Shown one piece after another: positions 29,437-38,802 of a stretch of DNA of 64,000 bases (its first letter is position 1; each line of letters begins with the position of its first letter). The notes below the pieces were generated by a model that was not told the origin of the DNA, did not search any database, and worked only from the letters and a program-made list of their open reading frames with translations. The translations under genes and the position numbers were made by a program. Where the stretch lies: positions 96,001 to 160,000 of the forward strand of contig WJMJ01000046.1 in the NCBI GenBank assembly GCA_014728035.1. The letters run 5' to 3'. The stretch comes from Promethearchaeota archaeon. GTDB taxonomy: Archaea > Asgardarchaeota > Thorarchaeia > Thorarchaeales > Thorarchaeaceae.

Positions 29437-30865
29437 GATAAGCCACTCCTTTGCATAACAGGAATACTGCAGCAGGCATCGGTAACTCCAATGTTTCATC
29501 TCCATACGGACCAAATAATTCAGAGTCTATTTTGAATGAGGGAACTTTGATAATGCCACCAAGTGTACGAACCTTCAATGTACCCGTATTGAAAGCAATT
29601 GCATCGGAAAAGGGGTTGAAAGAGTCTATTTGCTCTCGGGTCAGTCTATTAACCTTGAAACCAGTCTTGCCATTTATACTGCCAATTAGCCGGATTACTC
29701 GCTTTATGTCATGTGTGACGGGTTCGTCAATATTTGCACCATATGCTTCAACTGCACGAACCGCAATTTCTTGCCAAGATTTTTCACCCACACCTCTGAC
29801 CTTGGGACTTAGTGTTGGTGGAACTTTTTTCAAGCCATGAATGGCTTCTTGCTTACTAGCTTTAAGAGGTTTCACCCATCTTTCTGTACCCGAATAAGTT
29901 TCAATATTACGTATGAATTCAATCATTGCCTCTGGAACGCGATTTGCCCAACCTGGAACACTCAGCTCTTTGATAGCAGAGGTTTGTAAGGGGATTTTCT
30001 CAGAAACCATTACCAATGGTGTTTTGTAATCATCAGCAGCGACCTTTGATCTAAGTGACGCAGTTGTAAAACCAGTACCTTGAAGATAATGAACAATTTC
30101 GACTCGTGCTGAGGAATCAAGAGAGTATATTCGAGGATCTTGAATACGAAGGTGATATCCACGATGGCCGCTATAGTTTAGCACAATATTCTCTGATGCA
30201 AACCCAAAATCCTCTGTAAGAAAAATGTCATACAATTTCAGGGTGTTCTCTTTTGCATCCTTCAAACAATCATCGCAAATCCATTTACGGGTGCTAAAGC
30301 TCGAACCTCCACAGGAGGAGCATCCTTCAGAAGGAGGTCTTCCGAGTCCAGCCTCGTCACAATCGGGAGTGTTGCATTTCCAAGAATCATGTCTATTCGT
30401 ACAATCAGAGTCTAAATGATCAGCATCGATATCGAAAACCAATTCAGCACCTTGCCATTTTTTTTCGTGCATGAATCGGGCAACCGGAGTTTCGTAAAAA
30501 GCTGCTGAATGATATACACTATGAGGTGCAGCTTGTACAAGTTCATGCAACAGAGCATCTCTATTCTGAAAACCTAAATGGCGTACCCAATTTGTCATCT
30601 GAATTTCACTCGAGTGACAAAAAGGACAGTTAGATAATCGTACATAAGAAGTTCCAGACCGACCACATCCTATTTCCTTTTGCTCACCAGATTCGGATAG
30701 GAAAGAGCGATTAGGACATCGCCAAGTCAGAGTAAGTAGTTCCATTCCAAACTCGCGTGTATTTAGTTTAGAGGGGATATCAATAAGGTCAGCATTTTCA
30801 ATATAATAGTCTTGAAAAGTAAGCTGCAGAAACTTCTGTTTTCGTTGAATGGGATTTATCGCCAT
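29429..30865 (-). CDS. priS: DNA primase small subunit with zinc-ribbon insertions
   Basis: REFG, RH, ELVFDIDAD, SGHRGYH, D..VT.D..R..RL.GS..GKTG. Confidence 0.93.
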   Translation of the reverse strand: MAINPIQRKQKFLQLTFQDYYIENADLIDIPSKLNTREFGMELLTLTWRCPNRSFLSESGEQKEIGCGRSGTSYVRLSNCPFCHSSEIQMTNWVRHLGFQNRDALLHELVQAAPHSVYHSAAFYETPVARFMHEKKWQGAELVFDIDADHLDSDCTNRHDSWKCNTPDCDEAGLGRPPSEGCSSCGGSSFSTRKWICDDCLKDAKENTLKLYDIFLTEDFGFASENIVLNYSGHRGYHLRIQDPRIYSLDSSARVEIVHYLQGTGFTTASLRSKVAADDYKTPLVMVSEKIPLQTSAIKELSVPGWANRVPEAMIEFIRNIETYSGTERWVKPLKASKQEAIHGLKKVPPTLSPKVRGVGEKSWQEIAVRAVEAYGANIDEPVTHDIKRVIRLIGSINGKTGFKVNRLTREQIDSFNPFSDAIAFNTGTLKVRTLGGIIKVPSFKIDSELFGPYGDETLELPMPAAVFLLCKGVAYLE

Positions 30866-30929
30866 TTTTACTGCAACTCACAATTCAAGGAAGCAAATGA
30901 AGATTGATTTATTCTTTGTATTATAACAG

Positions 30930-31682
30930 TTATCTTCTTTCAACACGTGGTGCTAAGATAAAACTAATTCTGCCAGCTTCTGCTATTGAGAATTCCATGA
31001 GAATTGGTTTGTTCGAGCTGAATTGAATAATGACACTGTCACTGGCCATAGCTTTGGATATATCGGACAAGTATGTAATTGCATACATTGATGACGATTT
31101 CTTCTTGCTCTTCAAATCACACAATGCAGATTCTTCACCTGTTTTTAGAATCACTTCAGCTTCTCCTGTGTCACTATCACCAAGAAATGTTAACGAATTT
31201 TCATCTGCAGTTATTCTGAGGTAAGTTGAAACTACACTGATGTCTTTGACAGCCTGTTTAAACGCATCAGCAAAAAGTTCAGCTTGTACATCAAACTGAA
31301 TTGAGGGTTGTTTTGTACGTTCAGAGGGAGGTGTTAAAAGCTGAAGACTGAATCTTCGCTCAGCTTGTCCAAACATTTCAATCTCAAACCGGCTATCGGA
31401 TTCGTTATGAGTGAATACAAGCTTATCATCACCTGCCATTCTCTTACTGACTTTAGTAAGCTCATCAACTCCAAGACAGATTTCTATCTCACCGTCACAC
31501 TCAAATTCCTGAAATATTGCGGCAGGTAAATCAAGTGAGATCATTGCTGCTTTTGAGGAATCTAGTTGTCGCAAGGACATTCCTTTTTCAGATATTACAA
31601 AATGAGTTTCTGTCAGTAAAGTGGCTAAAGCATCAACTATTAGTTTCCAAGTCTTTGAACTATCAAGGGTCGCATGAAACAT
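30930..31682 (-). CDS. pcn: PCNA sliding clamp
   Basis: LD.SK.AMI.L.LP...F, F.LAPRVE. Confidence 0.95.
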   Translation of the reverse strand: MFHATLDSSKTWKLIVDALATLLTETHFVISEKGMSLRQLDSSKAAMISLDLPAAIFQEFECDGEIEICLGVDELTKVSKRMAGDDKLVFTHNESDSRFEIEMFGQAERRFSLQLLTPPSERTKQPSIQFDVQAELFADAFKQAVKDISVVSTYLRITADENSLTFLGDSDTGEAEVILKTGEESALCDLKSKKKSSSMYAITYLSDISKAMASDSVIIQFSSNKPILMEFSIAEAGRISFILAPRVERR

Positions 31683-31694
31683 CTTCTATCATCC

Positions 31695-32057
31695 TCAACT
31701 GATTTCAATATCAGGATTTAACTCAAGTGCCTCTTTGTAAAGCTTAACATCAAGCGAGTTAACATTATGTGCAAATGAAACAGCAATCATAAGTTCGTTG
31801 CCATCAGTACTTGTTCGTTCAACAACATCTCCAATAAGTAAATATTTCTCGTCAACGTTGAGAGTTCCTTCTACTTGTACTTGAATTGATTTATGCTGAT
31901 TTGGTTCATCCATTACATCCTGAACAAGTGCAATTCCTGCTTTTGCTTGTACAACAATACCAATTATGCGAACCGGACTTTGGGTTTCAGCAGTGATTTC
32001 ACGTACTCTTACCAATCGTGCTGGCTCGCGTCGTTTGAATTCTTTTTCCTCACTCAA
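31695..32057 (-). CDS. RPA14/RPA3-like small OB-fold subunit
   Basis: RR.PA, VRIIG.V OB fold, C-terminal helix LDVKLYKEALEL. Confidence 0.7.
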   Translation of the reverse strand: MSEEKEFKRREPARLVRVREITAETQSPVRIIGIVVQAKAGIALVQDVMDEPNQHKSIQVQVEGTLNVDEKYLLIGDVVERTSTDGNELMIAVSFAHNVNSLDVKLYKEALELNPDIEIS

Positions 32058-32198
32058 ATCGATTCACACCGTATTGTGTATTTTCCAGAATTGCTCATCA
32101 ATGATTAATTTTTCGTACCTATAAAGGCTGATATGTCTCAAACTATAAGAACTAATATGCAGAGAACTGTATCTCATACAGCACTTATTAATCCATAA

Positions 32199-32522
32199 TC
32201 AATATCGCCGCCAAGTAGAAGAACATTTCGTACATCGATAAAATTCTGTTGCACCTTCATCTCCACGACGAGTTTGAAGAGTCCAATAGTATGCTTCATT
32301 ATGTCCACATTTTGGACAAGACGCCTTAGTAATAGGCATTGGAATCGAATCATCTTCGACAACAATTATTTTGTCACGAGGGGTCTTCTCAATTGGTTGG
32401 GATACCATCATATCGCCTTCTGGATTTTCAATATACCCACAACTACGACATCGCAAAACTCGAGTTCCATCTTCTTTCGTAAAGGGAACCATCATTGCAC
32501 CACATTCATCACAAAACTGCAT
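32199..32522 (-). CDS. tfs: Transcription factor S (TFS/RpoM)
   Basis: FCDECG..CRSCG; CPKCG..QTRRGDE..FYRCTKC. Confidence 0.95.
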   Translation of the reverse strand: MQFCDECGAMMVPFTKEDGTRVLRCRSCGYIENPEGDMMVSQPIEKTPRDKIIVVEDDSIPMPITKASCPKCGHNEAYYWTLQTRRGDEGATEFYRCTKCSSTWRRY

Positions 32523-32573
32523 AATCGAGTCACCTCGTGTATCGCAGAGGATGATAAAGAGGTCAATTAAGGC

Positions 32574-32975
32574 TTACTGAACCTCTGTAAGTCGCTTAGG
32601 AAATAATGTTGAAACTTTCTCAAGAAAGACTGTAAATGCGTGAGACGCGATTCTACGTTCTTCTTTCCTACTCACATCCATTGTAAGAGGTAAATGAGGC
32701 ACCAAACTATCGACAATGAAAGCGATAGTTATTTTATTTTTCATCCAGAGATATGCAATAAGTGCTTCATATGCATCAGCTGCCCGGCCAGCATCAGTAC
32801 GACCACTTATGTATGAATAAAAATTGGTTGAACGAATAGCATTTGCAAGAATTCGGTCTTGTACTTTTTCACCAGTCGCATGCCCTAGAACAACAGATTT
32901 AGCAAGAGAATAGCACAGATTGACAACACCATCCCCAATCTGTGCTAATCCTTGGTCGGATACGATTTGACTCAT
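32574..32975 (-). CDS. Archaeal RNase III-fold protein
   Basis: LAQIGD.VVN..YSLA, AD.YEALIAY.W; conserved position next to rpoL. Confidence 0.75.
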   Translation of the reverse strand: MSQIVSDQGLAQIGDGVVNLCYSLAKSVVLGHATGEKVQDRILANAIRSTNFYSYISGRTDAGRAADAYEALIAYLWMKNKITIAFIVDSLVPHLPLTMDVSRKEERRIASHAFTVFLEKVSTLFPKRLTEVQ

Positions 32976-33034
32976 ATGATTGTGAAGAACCAAAGAGTCC
33001 CAAATCATTTTGCACAAACCCAAATTGATTTCGA

Positions 33035-33325
33035 TTATTCAATACTGTGGTCTGAAACAGACTGTTCAAACTTCTTTCTAAATTCCTCGGTACGTGCTAG
33101 CATTTTTTCCAATGCATCCCGAAGAACAGTGTTGCATTGGCGCCTTTTAGTTCTAATAGTGAAGACCGGATTTGAGAGTAGAGGATGTTCAATAATATAT
33201 CCTGCAAACTCTACAGTTTCTTCTTCTAAAAGGGTCTTACGAAGAAGGTTTGGAAATGCATGTTTTTCTCCACCTATTTCAAACTTCAATTCATAACGGG
33301 TATTTTCAATGATTTTTGGTTCCAT
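33035..33325 (-). CDS. rpoL: RNA polymerase subunit Rpo11/L
   Basis: GE.H...NLLR, FAGY..EHPL. Confidence 0.92.
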   Translation of the reverse strand: MEPKIIENTRYELKFEIGGEKHAFPNLLRKTLLEEETVEFAGYIIEHPLLSNPVFTIRTKRRQCNTVLRDALEKMLARTEEFRKKFEQSVSDHSIE

Positions 33326-33328
33326 TTT

Positions 33329-34036
33329 TTATCGCCTCTTTCTCCGCGAACGGTCTCGACTCTTACCACGTCCTCTACCATGCCGGCTATCTCTACGGTC
33401 ACTATACCTTCGATCAGAACGAGATCTTCGTCTAGGAGCTAAATCAGGACGTGTTTCAAGTCTAAAACGTTGACCATAATCTTTTGCAACCTCACGAGTT
33501 TCTCTATTCTCGCAACGAAGACAAATAAGATTGTTATGGCTAGTTAACGTCAGTACATTACCACAACGGACACATTTACCAAGGATAACACCAAAATCCT
33601 TCCCAACTAGACTTAGTTCAGTAGGAATAGTTTGAGAGCTAATAGCTCTTGCACGGACTATATCCTGAGGCTTGAGCACATCACGCATACTCTTAACATA
33701 TCGACGAGTAACATTGCTAATATGAATTTCACCAACGAAAGGACTTAGTGCATTCTCATCATTTCGTTTTACAATACTAACTTCAGCACGTTGGTCCCAA
33801 ACATTAGTTACTTCTCCCATCAATATATCATCCTCTACGGGAAGAGATAATTTGTCATTGCCCTCAGCAGATAATACTTGGATACTTCTTTCCTTAAAAT
33901 CAATTGATACACCGCCAAAAGTTGCGGCATAGACGACGCCATCTCTTTCAAAAGTCCCTAAACTGGGGCTCAGCTCTTCAATCACACATAATTGATCCCC
34001 TGGGACCACAACATCGCCACTTTTTACATCAGCCAT
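33329..34036 (-). CDS. csl4: Exosome subunit Csl4 with Arg/Ser-rich tail
   Basis: VVPGD.L...EE, S1 domain (IHIS, DIVRA), CVRCG..CLRC.NRE.R. Confidence 0.9.
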   Translation of the reverse strand: MADVKSGDVVVPGDQLCVIEELSPSLGTFERDGVVYAATFGGVSIDFKERSIQVLSAEGNDKLSLPVEDDILMGEVTNVWDQRAEVSIVKRNDENALSPFVGEIHISNVTRRYVKSMRDVLKPQDIVRARAISSQTIPTELSLVGKDFGVILGKCVRCGNVLTLTSHNNLICLRCENRETREVAKDYGQRFRLETRPDLAPRRRSRSDRRYSDRRDSRHGRGRGKSRDRSRRKRR

Positions 34037-34037
34037 T

Positions 34038-34667
34038 CTATTCACACTCATCGGATTTTATACGGTACAAGTCAACTCGTGTCAGATGCCTTGCCTTCTT
34101 ATGAAACGAATAAAGTTTGGGAATTGGGAATTGAAAGGTTTCAATTTGAGTAACTGTTCCACCCATTTCTTCAATAGCGTTTTTCAAGAAGATTCTATTT
34201 TTTTCACCTGCAAGATGTATACTGTAAATTACTCGGGCAATGGACAATGCTGTTTCTAGAAATGCTACATCAGCACCTCGTTTTTTGACTCCGAAAGGAG
34301 GATTACACACAACTGTATCAACTGACCTTTGAAGTGTGAAAGAGGAAACATTTGCTAAAACCCAGTCCGTTAATTCTTCAATCCCGAGTGTAGAAGAATT
34401 TTGTTGAGACACCTTTAAGGCTTTGGATTGGATGTCAATTCCAAGGGAAAAAGAAGCTCCCAATAGTGCTGCCCCAAGTGCAAAGATGCCATCACCACAA
34501 CCCAAATCAACAACAAATCGATTTCTGATATCGTTGTGATCCATCTCAGCAGAATACAGAATGGACGCAACAATAGATGCAGGAGTTGGATATTGCTCGT
34601 ATCGTATTTCGTGGTCTTGAGACCTGTCTATCTGCTGCAACGCGATTTCCAAATCTCTTAGACGCAT
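34038..34667 (-). CDS. METTL5-family N6-adenine RNA methyltransferase
   Basis: EQYPTP, DLGCGDG, NPPFG, YSIH, F.IP....FH. Confidence 0.9.
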   Translation of the reverse strand: MRLRDLEIALQQIDRSQDHEIRYEQYPTPASIVASILYSAEMDHNDIRNRFVVDLGCGDGIFALGAALLGASFSLGIDIQSKALKVSQQNSSTLGIEELTDWVLANVSSFTLQRSVDTVVCNPPFGVKKRGADVAFLETALSIARVIYSIHLAGEKNRIFLKNAIEEMGGTVTQIETFQFPIPKLYSFHKKARHLTRVDLYRIKSDECE

Positions 34668-34765
34668 GAGAAACACCTTGAATATAGTCTATACGGAATT
34701 ATATCCGAATAGATGTTTTGATAAAACCACAACTAATGTATTACGTAGCTTTATCTTGTTCCATT

Positions 34766-34797
34766 CTCCAGTGGAAATGCAAGTGTTCCACTAGAAC
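34766..34797. promoter_or_regulatory. Pair of mini-ORB-like Orc1/Cdc6 boxes upstream of cdc6
   Basis: ctccagtggaaatg and inverted gttccactagaac resemble the TTCCAGTGGAAA ORB core. Confidence 0.55.
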
Positions 34798-34829
34798 TAC
34801 CCTTGCTTTCGAATGGAGCTGAAAAGAAG

Positions 34830-36077
34830 TTGGAAAAACCATTAGACAAATTATTTGACAAATTTCTTCAAGGGCAAGCTATCTTTAGACAAAGAAACAC
34901 ATTACGACCAACCTACGTTCCAGAAGAATTACCGTATCGAGATGAACAGATGGGAAGGATAGGCTCGATTCTGGGACCTGCTTTGAGAGGAGCTCCTCCT
35001 TCAAACATCCTTTGTTATGGAAAGACGGGTACAGGAAAAACAGTGGTCGCAAAATACGTTCTTCAGTTATTGGTAAGCAAGGCGGAACAAAGTGGAATAA
35101 AACCACCACTAGCAGCTTTTGTAAACTGCAGAATAGTTGGGACTAACTATCGAGTATTGAAAAGGCTTTGCGATCAAATTGGAGCTACAATGCCAGATGG
35201 TTCAGAGGTCCCATTCACAGGACTACCAACTGATGAAATCAGATCAATACTCAAGAAGAAACTTGACAAAGAGCCAAGTATTCTTGTTGTTGTGCTTGAT
35301 GAAGTAGATAGTCTGGTGAAAAGGGATGTCAATCAAGGAAACGATATACTCTACAGTTTAACAAGAATGAATAGTGAGCTGGCAAATAGTAGAATTTCAA
35401 TAATAGGAATTAGTAATGACCTTAAATTTAAAGAGGTCTTAGATCCAAGAGTTCTCAGTACATTAGGAGAAGAAGAAGTAATATTTCCTCCGTACAATGC
35501 AGTTGAACTCAAGGGGATTTTGCAACAGAGAGTCAAGATTGCATTTAATGAAGGTGCAATATCGGATGAGGGTGTGATTAATCTTGTTGGCGCCCTAGCC
35601 GCACAAGAACATGGTGATGCCCGTAGAGCACTAGACCTGCTCAGAACAGCTGGAGAATTAGCAGAACGTAGAGGAGACGAAACAGTCAGTCAAGAACATG
35701 TCAGAGAGGCTCAAAAGGTAATTGAAAGAGATACCATTACGGAAACGGTCAAAACACTTCCGCTACAATCAAAAGCAGTTCTGTTTGCAGTATATGCACT
35801 TGCAAATAAAGGGAAAAGAGACATCTTCACTGGCGAATGCTACAATGTATATACAGAGATTGCCAAAGTTCTGTCAATAGATACATTGACTCAAAGACGT
35901 ATTAGTGATCTTATAAGCGAGCTTGATATGCTGGGCTTGATTAACACTACGGTGATATCAAAGGGGCGATATGGACGAACCAAAAAAATCCGGTTAGCTG
36001 TAAGTAAGCGTCAAATTGGAACAATTCTGAACGAGGACACGCGATTAGGCAAAATCTCAAAAGAACTATTGACCTAG
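34830..36077 (+). CDS. cdc6: Orc1/Cdc6 replication initiator
   Basis: GKTGTGKT, LDEVD, GISND, HGDAR.A.DLLR, wHTH with SKGRYGRT. Confidence 0.96.
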   Translation: MEKPLDKLFDKFLQGQAIFRQRNTLRPTYVPEELPYRDEQMGRIGSILGPALRGAPPSNILCYGKTGTGKTVVAKYVLQLLVSKAEQSGIKPPLAAFVNCRIVGTNYRVLKRLCDQIGATMPDGSEVPFTGLPTDEIRSILKKKLDKEPSILVVVLDEVDSLVKRDVNQGNDILYSLTRMNSELANSRISIIGISNDLKFKEVLDPRVLSTLGEEEVIFPPYNAVELKGILQQRVKIAFNEGAISDEGVINLVGALAAQEHGDARRALDLLRTAGELAERRGDETVSQEHVREAQKVIERDTITETVKTLPLQSKAVLFAVYALANKGKRDIFTGECYNVYTEIAKVLSIDTLTQRRISDLISELDMLGLINTTVISKGRYGRTKKIRLAVSKRQIGTILNEDTRLGKISKELLT

Positions 36078-37675
36078 ACATGCATTTCCGAGAAATCGAA
36101 AAACGGTTTGACACTAGGAAATCCGTTTCTCAAATTTAGAAACGTTACAATTCCGGGAGTAGGAATAATGCCCTGTTTTCGCATGAAATCAGTTTGTCCT
36201 TGGAAAGTTCCAGAATTAATTATCTGTACACCCCGGTAGTTATCAACTGCATTGTGATGGGCATGACCAAAATGTACGACATCGGGAGGTGTTTCAATAA
36301 CCATCCAATCTCTTGGAAGAGGAGCTAGTTCCGTTTTAGAGCCATAGAGAGGTGCAAGATGCCGTTTTCTAAGTAATTCCTTCATTGGTATTTCGGGTTG
36401 TTTGTAAGATGCGCCAGGAATATTTGTTACAAGGTCATCCAAGCTATCACCATGAGTCACCAAGATGTTGGTACCCTCAACAGAAACGATACAAGGGTCA
36501 CCCAACATGAGGATTTGGTCATTTAACTCGTACAGGGGTTCCGCAAACTCTACAGGAATCGGGGGTTTCGGAAGAGCTTGTCGACAAGCGTCATGATTGC
36601 CAGGAATACATATTATTTTGATTTTTGAGGGTATATCTCGTAATTTCTTTGCAAGAAGGCTATACTGCTCATAAAGATCCGGAACTAACAAATTCTTTTC
36701 CTGTCCGGGATAGACTCCAATTCCATCCACCATATCACCTGCAATAAACAAGTAGTGTGTTTGTTCGTTCATAGGTTTGTCAGGTTCATCAACATCCACT
36801 CCTCGTAACCAATCAATGAACTCGTTGAATGAATCCTCCAAAAACTCCTCACTACCAAAATGTAAGTCTGAAATAAATGCCGCATAGATGTCTCGTTTTG
36901 CTCTGCTGATTGTACGAGCTGTTGGAATATCCGGATAGATAATATCATCAGCAATGAGTCTTGCGTCATTATCAACAAATCCAGAAATACAAACAACTTC
37001 ATCCAACAGGAGTGCATTTCCTTTTTCGATTAAAGTTCGACCTTTGATACCAGACCTTCCCGAAGGAATGATGCAGGTTATTGACCCGTCAGAATCTTCA
37101 AGTTGAACAATGATGTTTTTTGACTGAGATTCTCTTTTGCTTGTAATCATTCCAATTGTCTTTTGACTTCCAGGGCGTTTGCCATACTTTCCTTCTCGGT
37201 ACATAGCTTTTCGTCTTTTTGCATCGCCTTTCATTTTCCGTAAAACTGCAGGAGATAATGCGGTTCTAGTATCAATCCGCTTCATGTATATCTTCTGGAT
37301 TCTTCGAAAACGATCTTGAAATAGATGCAAAAAATCTTCAGCAGTGCCACCTGAGCCAACCAAATCCGCGGTAGGATTCTTGATGATTTTCAACCTCCAT
37401 TCTGAAAATTCAATATCTGACTCCATTTCGGATTCTGATTCGGAGTCTGTATGTGTTGATCTTGTAATTCTACTCTTGCTTGGTTCTGATTTATACGCCA
37501 AAAGAAAATCTTTTGAAATAATCATGGGGCAATCAGATTGAGGGTTGTTTATGATATTCTCAATAACCTGAAGTGGTGATTCTATTGATAAAAGAAAATC
37601 TAACGCATCAGGAGATATTTGATATCCTGACATAATCAATCGTTTTAGGATAGATTGTCTGGAAAGCGTAGTCAA
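36074..37675 (-). CDS. dp1: DNA polymerase D small subunit DP1
   Basis: SDLH.GS, GD.VDGIGVYPGQ, PGNHD, HG.S.DD, GH.H, Q.QT.F. Confidence 0.95.
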   Translation of the reverse strand: MTTLSRQSILKRLIMSGYQISPDALDFLLSIESPLQVIENIINNPQSDCPMIISKDFLLAYKSEPSKSRITRSTHTDSESESEMESDIEFSEWRLKIIKNPTADLVGSGGTAEDFLHLFQDRFRRIQKIYMKRIDTRTALSPAVLRKMKGDAKRRKAMYREGKYGKRPGSQKTIGMITSKRESQSKNIIVQLEDSDGSITCIIPSGRSGIKGRTLIEKGNALLLDEVVCISGFVDNDARLIADDIIYPDIPTARTISRAKRDIYAAFISDLHFGSEEFLEDSFNEFIDWLRGVDVDEPDKPMNEQTHYLFIAGDMVDGIGVYPGQEKNLLVPDLYEQYSLLAKKLRDIPSKIKIICIPGNHDACRQALPKPPIPVEFAEPLYELNDQILMLGDPCIVSVEGTNILVTHGDSLDDLVTNIPGASYKQPEIPMKELLRKRHLAPLYGSKTELAPLPRDWMVIETPPDVVHFGHAHHNAVDNYRGVQIINSGTFQGQTDFMRKQGIIPTPGIVTFLNLRNGFPSVKPFFDFSEMHV

Positions 37676-37811
37676 GCACTCACCATCAATTCAAGAACAT
37701 TATCATGATTTAAACATCTGTAAACGGATAATGTGAACGCGCTTAAGGAACTATAATAAGAGCAGTACAACAAATAGGTTAGCTGTCATATAAGCGGATG
37801 GTATCCATAGA

Positions 37812-38783
37812 ATGGTAAATATCAGAAAGCTGCAGCAGACTGGCGGCAAGAATGGGAAATCATATCTAATTATCCTGCCAAAAGAGTGGATAGAACGTCA
37901 AAAACTGAAGAAAGGCACTCCGATTATGATTGCAGAAAGAGAAGATGGCTGTTTAATCATCGATCCACGACTTCCACAAACAAAAGAAACACGAAGTACA
38001 AAAATTCAGATGGAATCCAATTTGCGTTGGAGTATCACCAGCAAATATCTATTGGGATTTGATGAAATTCTTGTCGAAAGTAAAAATCCAATTACGAGTG
38101 CACAAAGACAGGAATTGAAGAAAATAATCAAGCGTTTTGTTGCATTGGAGGTAACAGATGAAAACGAAAACCAAATTGTTGTACAATGCTTGGTGGACCC
38201 GACAACCCTTCCAGTAAAAAAAGCTATGCGAAGAATGCACGTCATCGCTTCGAGGATGTTACGAGAGGCACTGAAAGCATATTTTTCAGGAAAATCAGAT
38301 ACCGCTGAAGAAGTGGTTAATCAAGACGAGGAGGTTGATAGATTATTCTTTTTAATTGTGAGAGAATTAAGATCTGCAATTCAATATTCAAAAATGTCTG
38401 AAGAAATGGGGATAACTCCAGTTGAAGCACTTGATTTACGACTAGCAACCCAATATATCGAGAGAATTGCAGATTTGGCAGTAGATATTGCTTCAAGAAC
38501 AGGGGCACAAGTTGAAACCAAATTGACAGAGCATTTACAACCTGTTGCTGACAAAGTACGAGAGATGTTATCAAAATCTGTTGCAAATTTGTTCCGATTC
38601 GATTCACAGAAAGTGGCTTGGGTCATAGAAGCAGAAAAGGAGCTCATTGATGAGATAGCTATTCTAAGAAATGAAACACTAACAAAAATCAAAGGAGATG
38701 TGCCATCGCATCTCTATGTAATAGACAGTCTTCTCAGAATTGGAGAAGCTGCAAAAGATATTGCAGACCTTGCATTACCTTAG
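37812..38783 (+). CDS. AbrB-PhoU phosphate uptake regulator
   Basis: RKLQQTG..SY.I.LPKEW AbrB domain; D.EVDRL, ERIAD PhoU repeats. Confidence 0.88.
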   Translation: MVNIRKLQQTGGKNGKSYLIILPKEWIERQKLKKGTPIMIAEREDGCLIIDPRLPQTKETRSTKIQMESNLRWSITSKYLLGFDEILVESKNPITSAQRQELKKIIKRFVALEVTDENENQIVVQCLVDPTTLPVKKAMRRMHVIASRMLREALKAYFSGKSDTAEEVVNQDEEVDRLFFLIVRELRSAIQYSKMSEEMGITPVEALDLRLATQYIERIADLAVDIASRTGAQVETKLTEHLQPVADKVREMLSKSVANLFRFDSQKVAWVIEAEKELIDEIAILRNETLTKIKGDVPSHLYVIDSLLRIGEAAKDIADLALP

Positions 38784-38802
38784 AAAAAAGAAGGCATAAA
38801 GA

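Noticed and set aside
37405-37460. Acidic SE-repeat stretch in DP1
   Set aside because: Ordinary low-complexity linker after the DP1 N-terminal domain
34830-37675. Inteins in Cdc6 or DP1
   Set aside because: Normal lengths and no intein splice motifs seen
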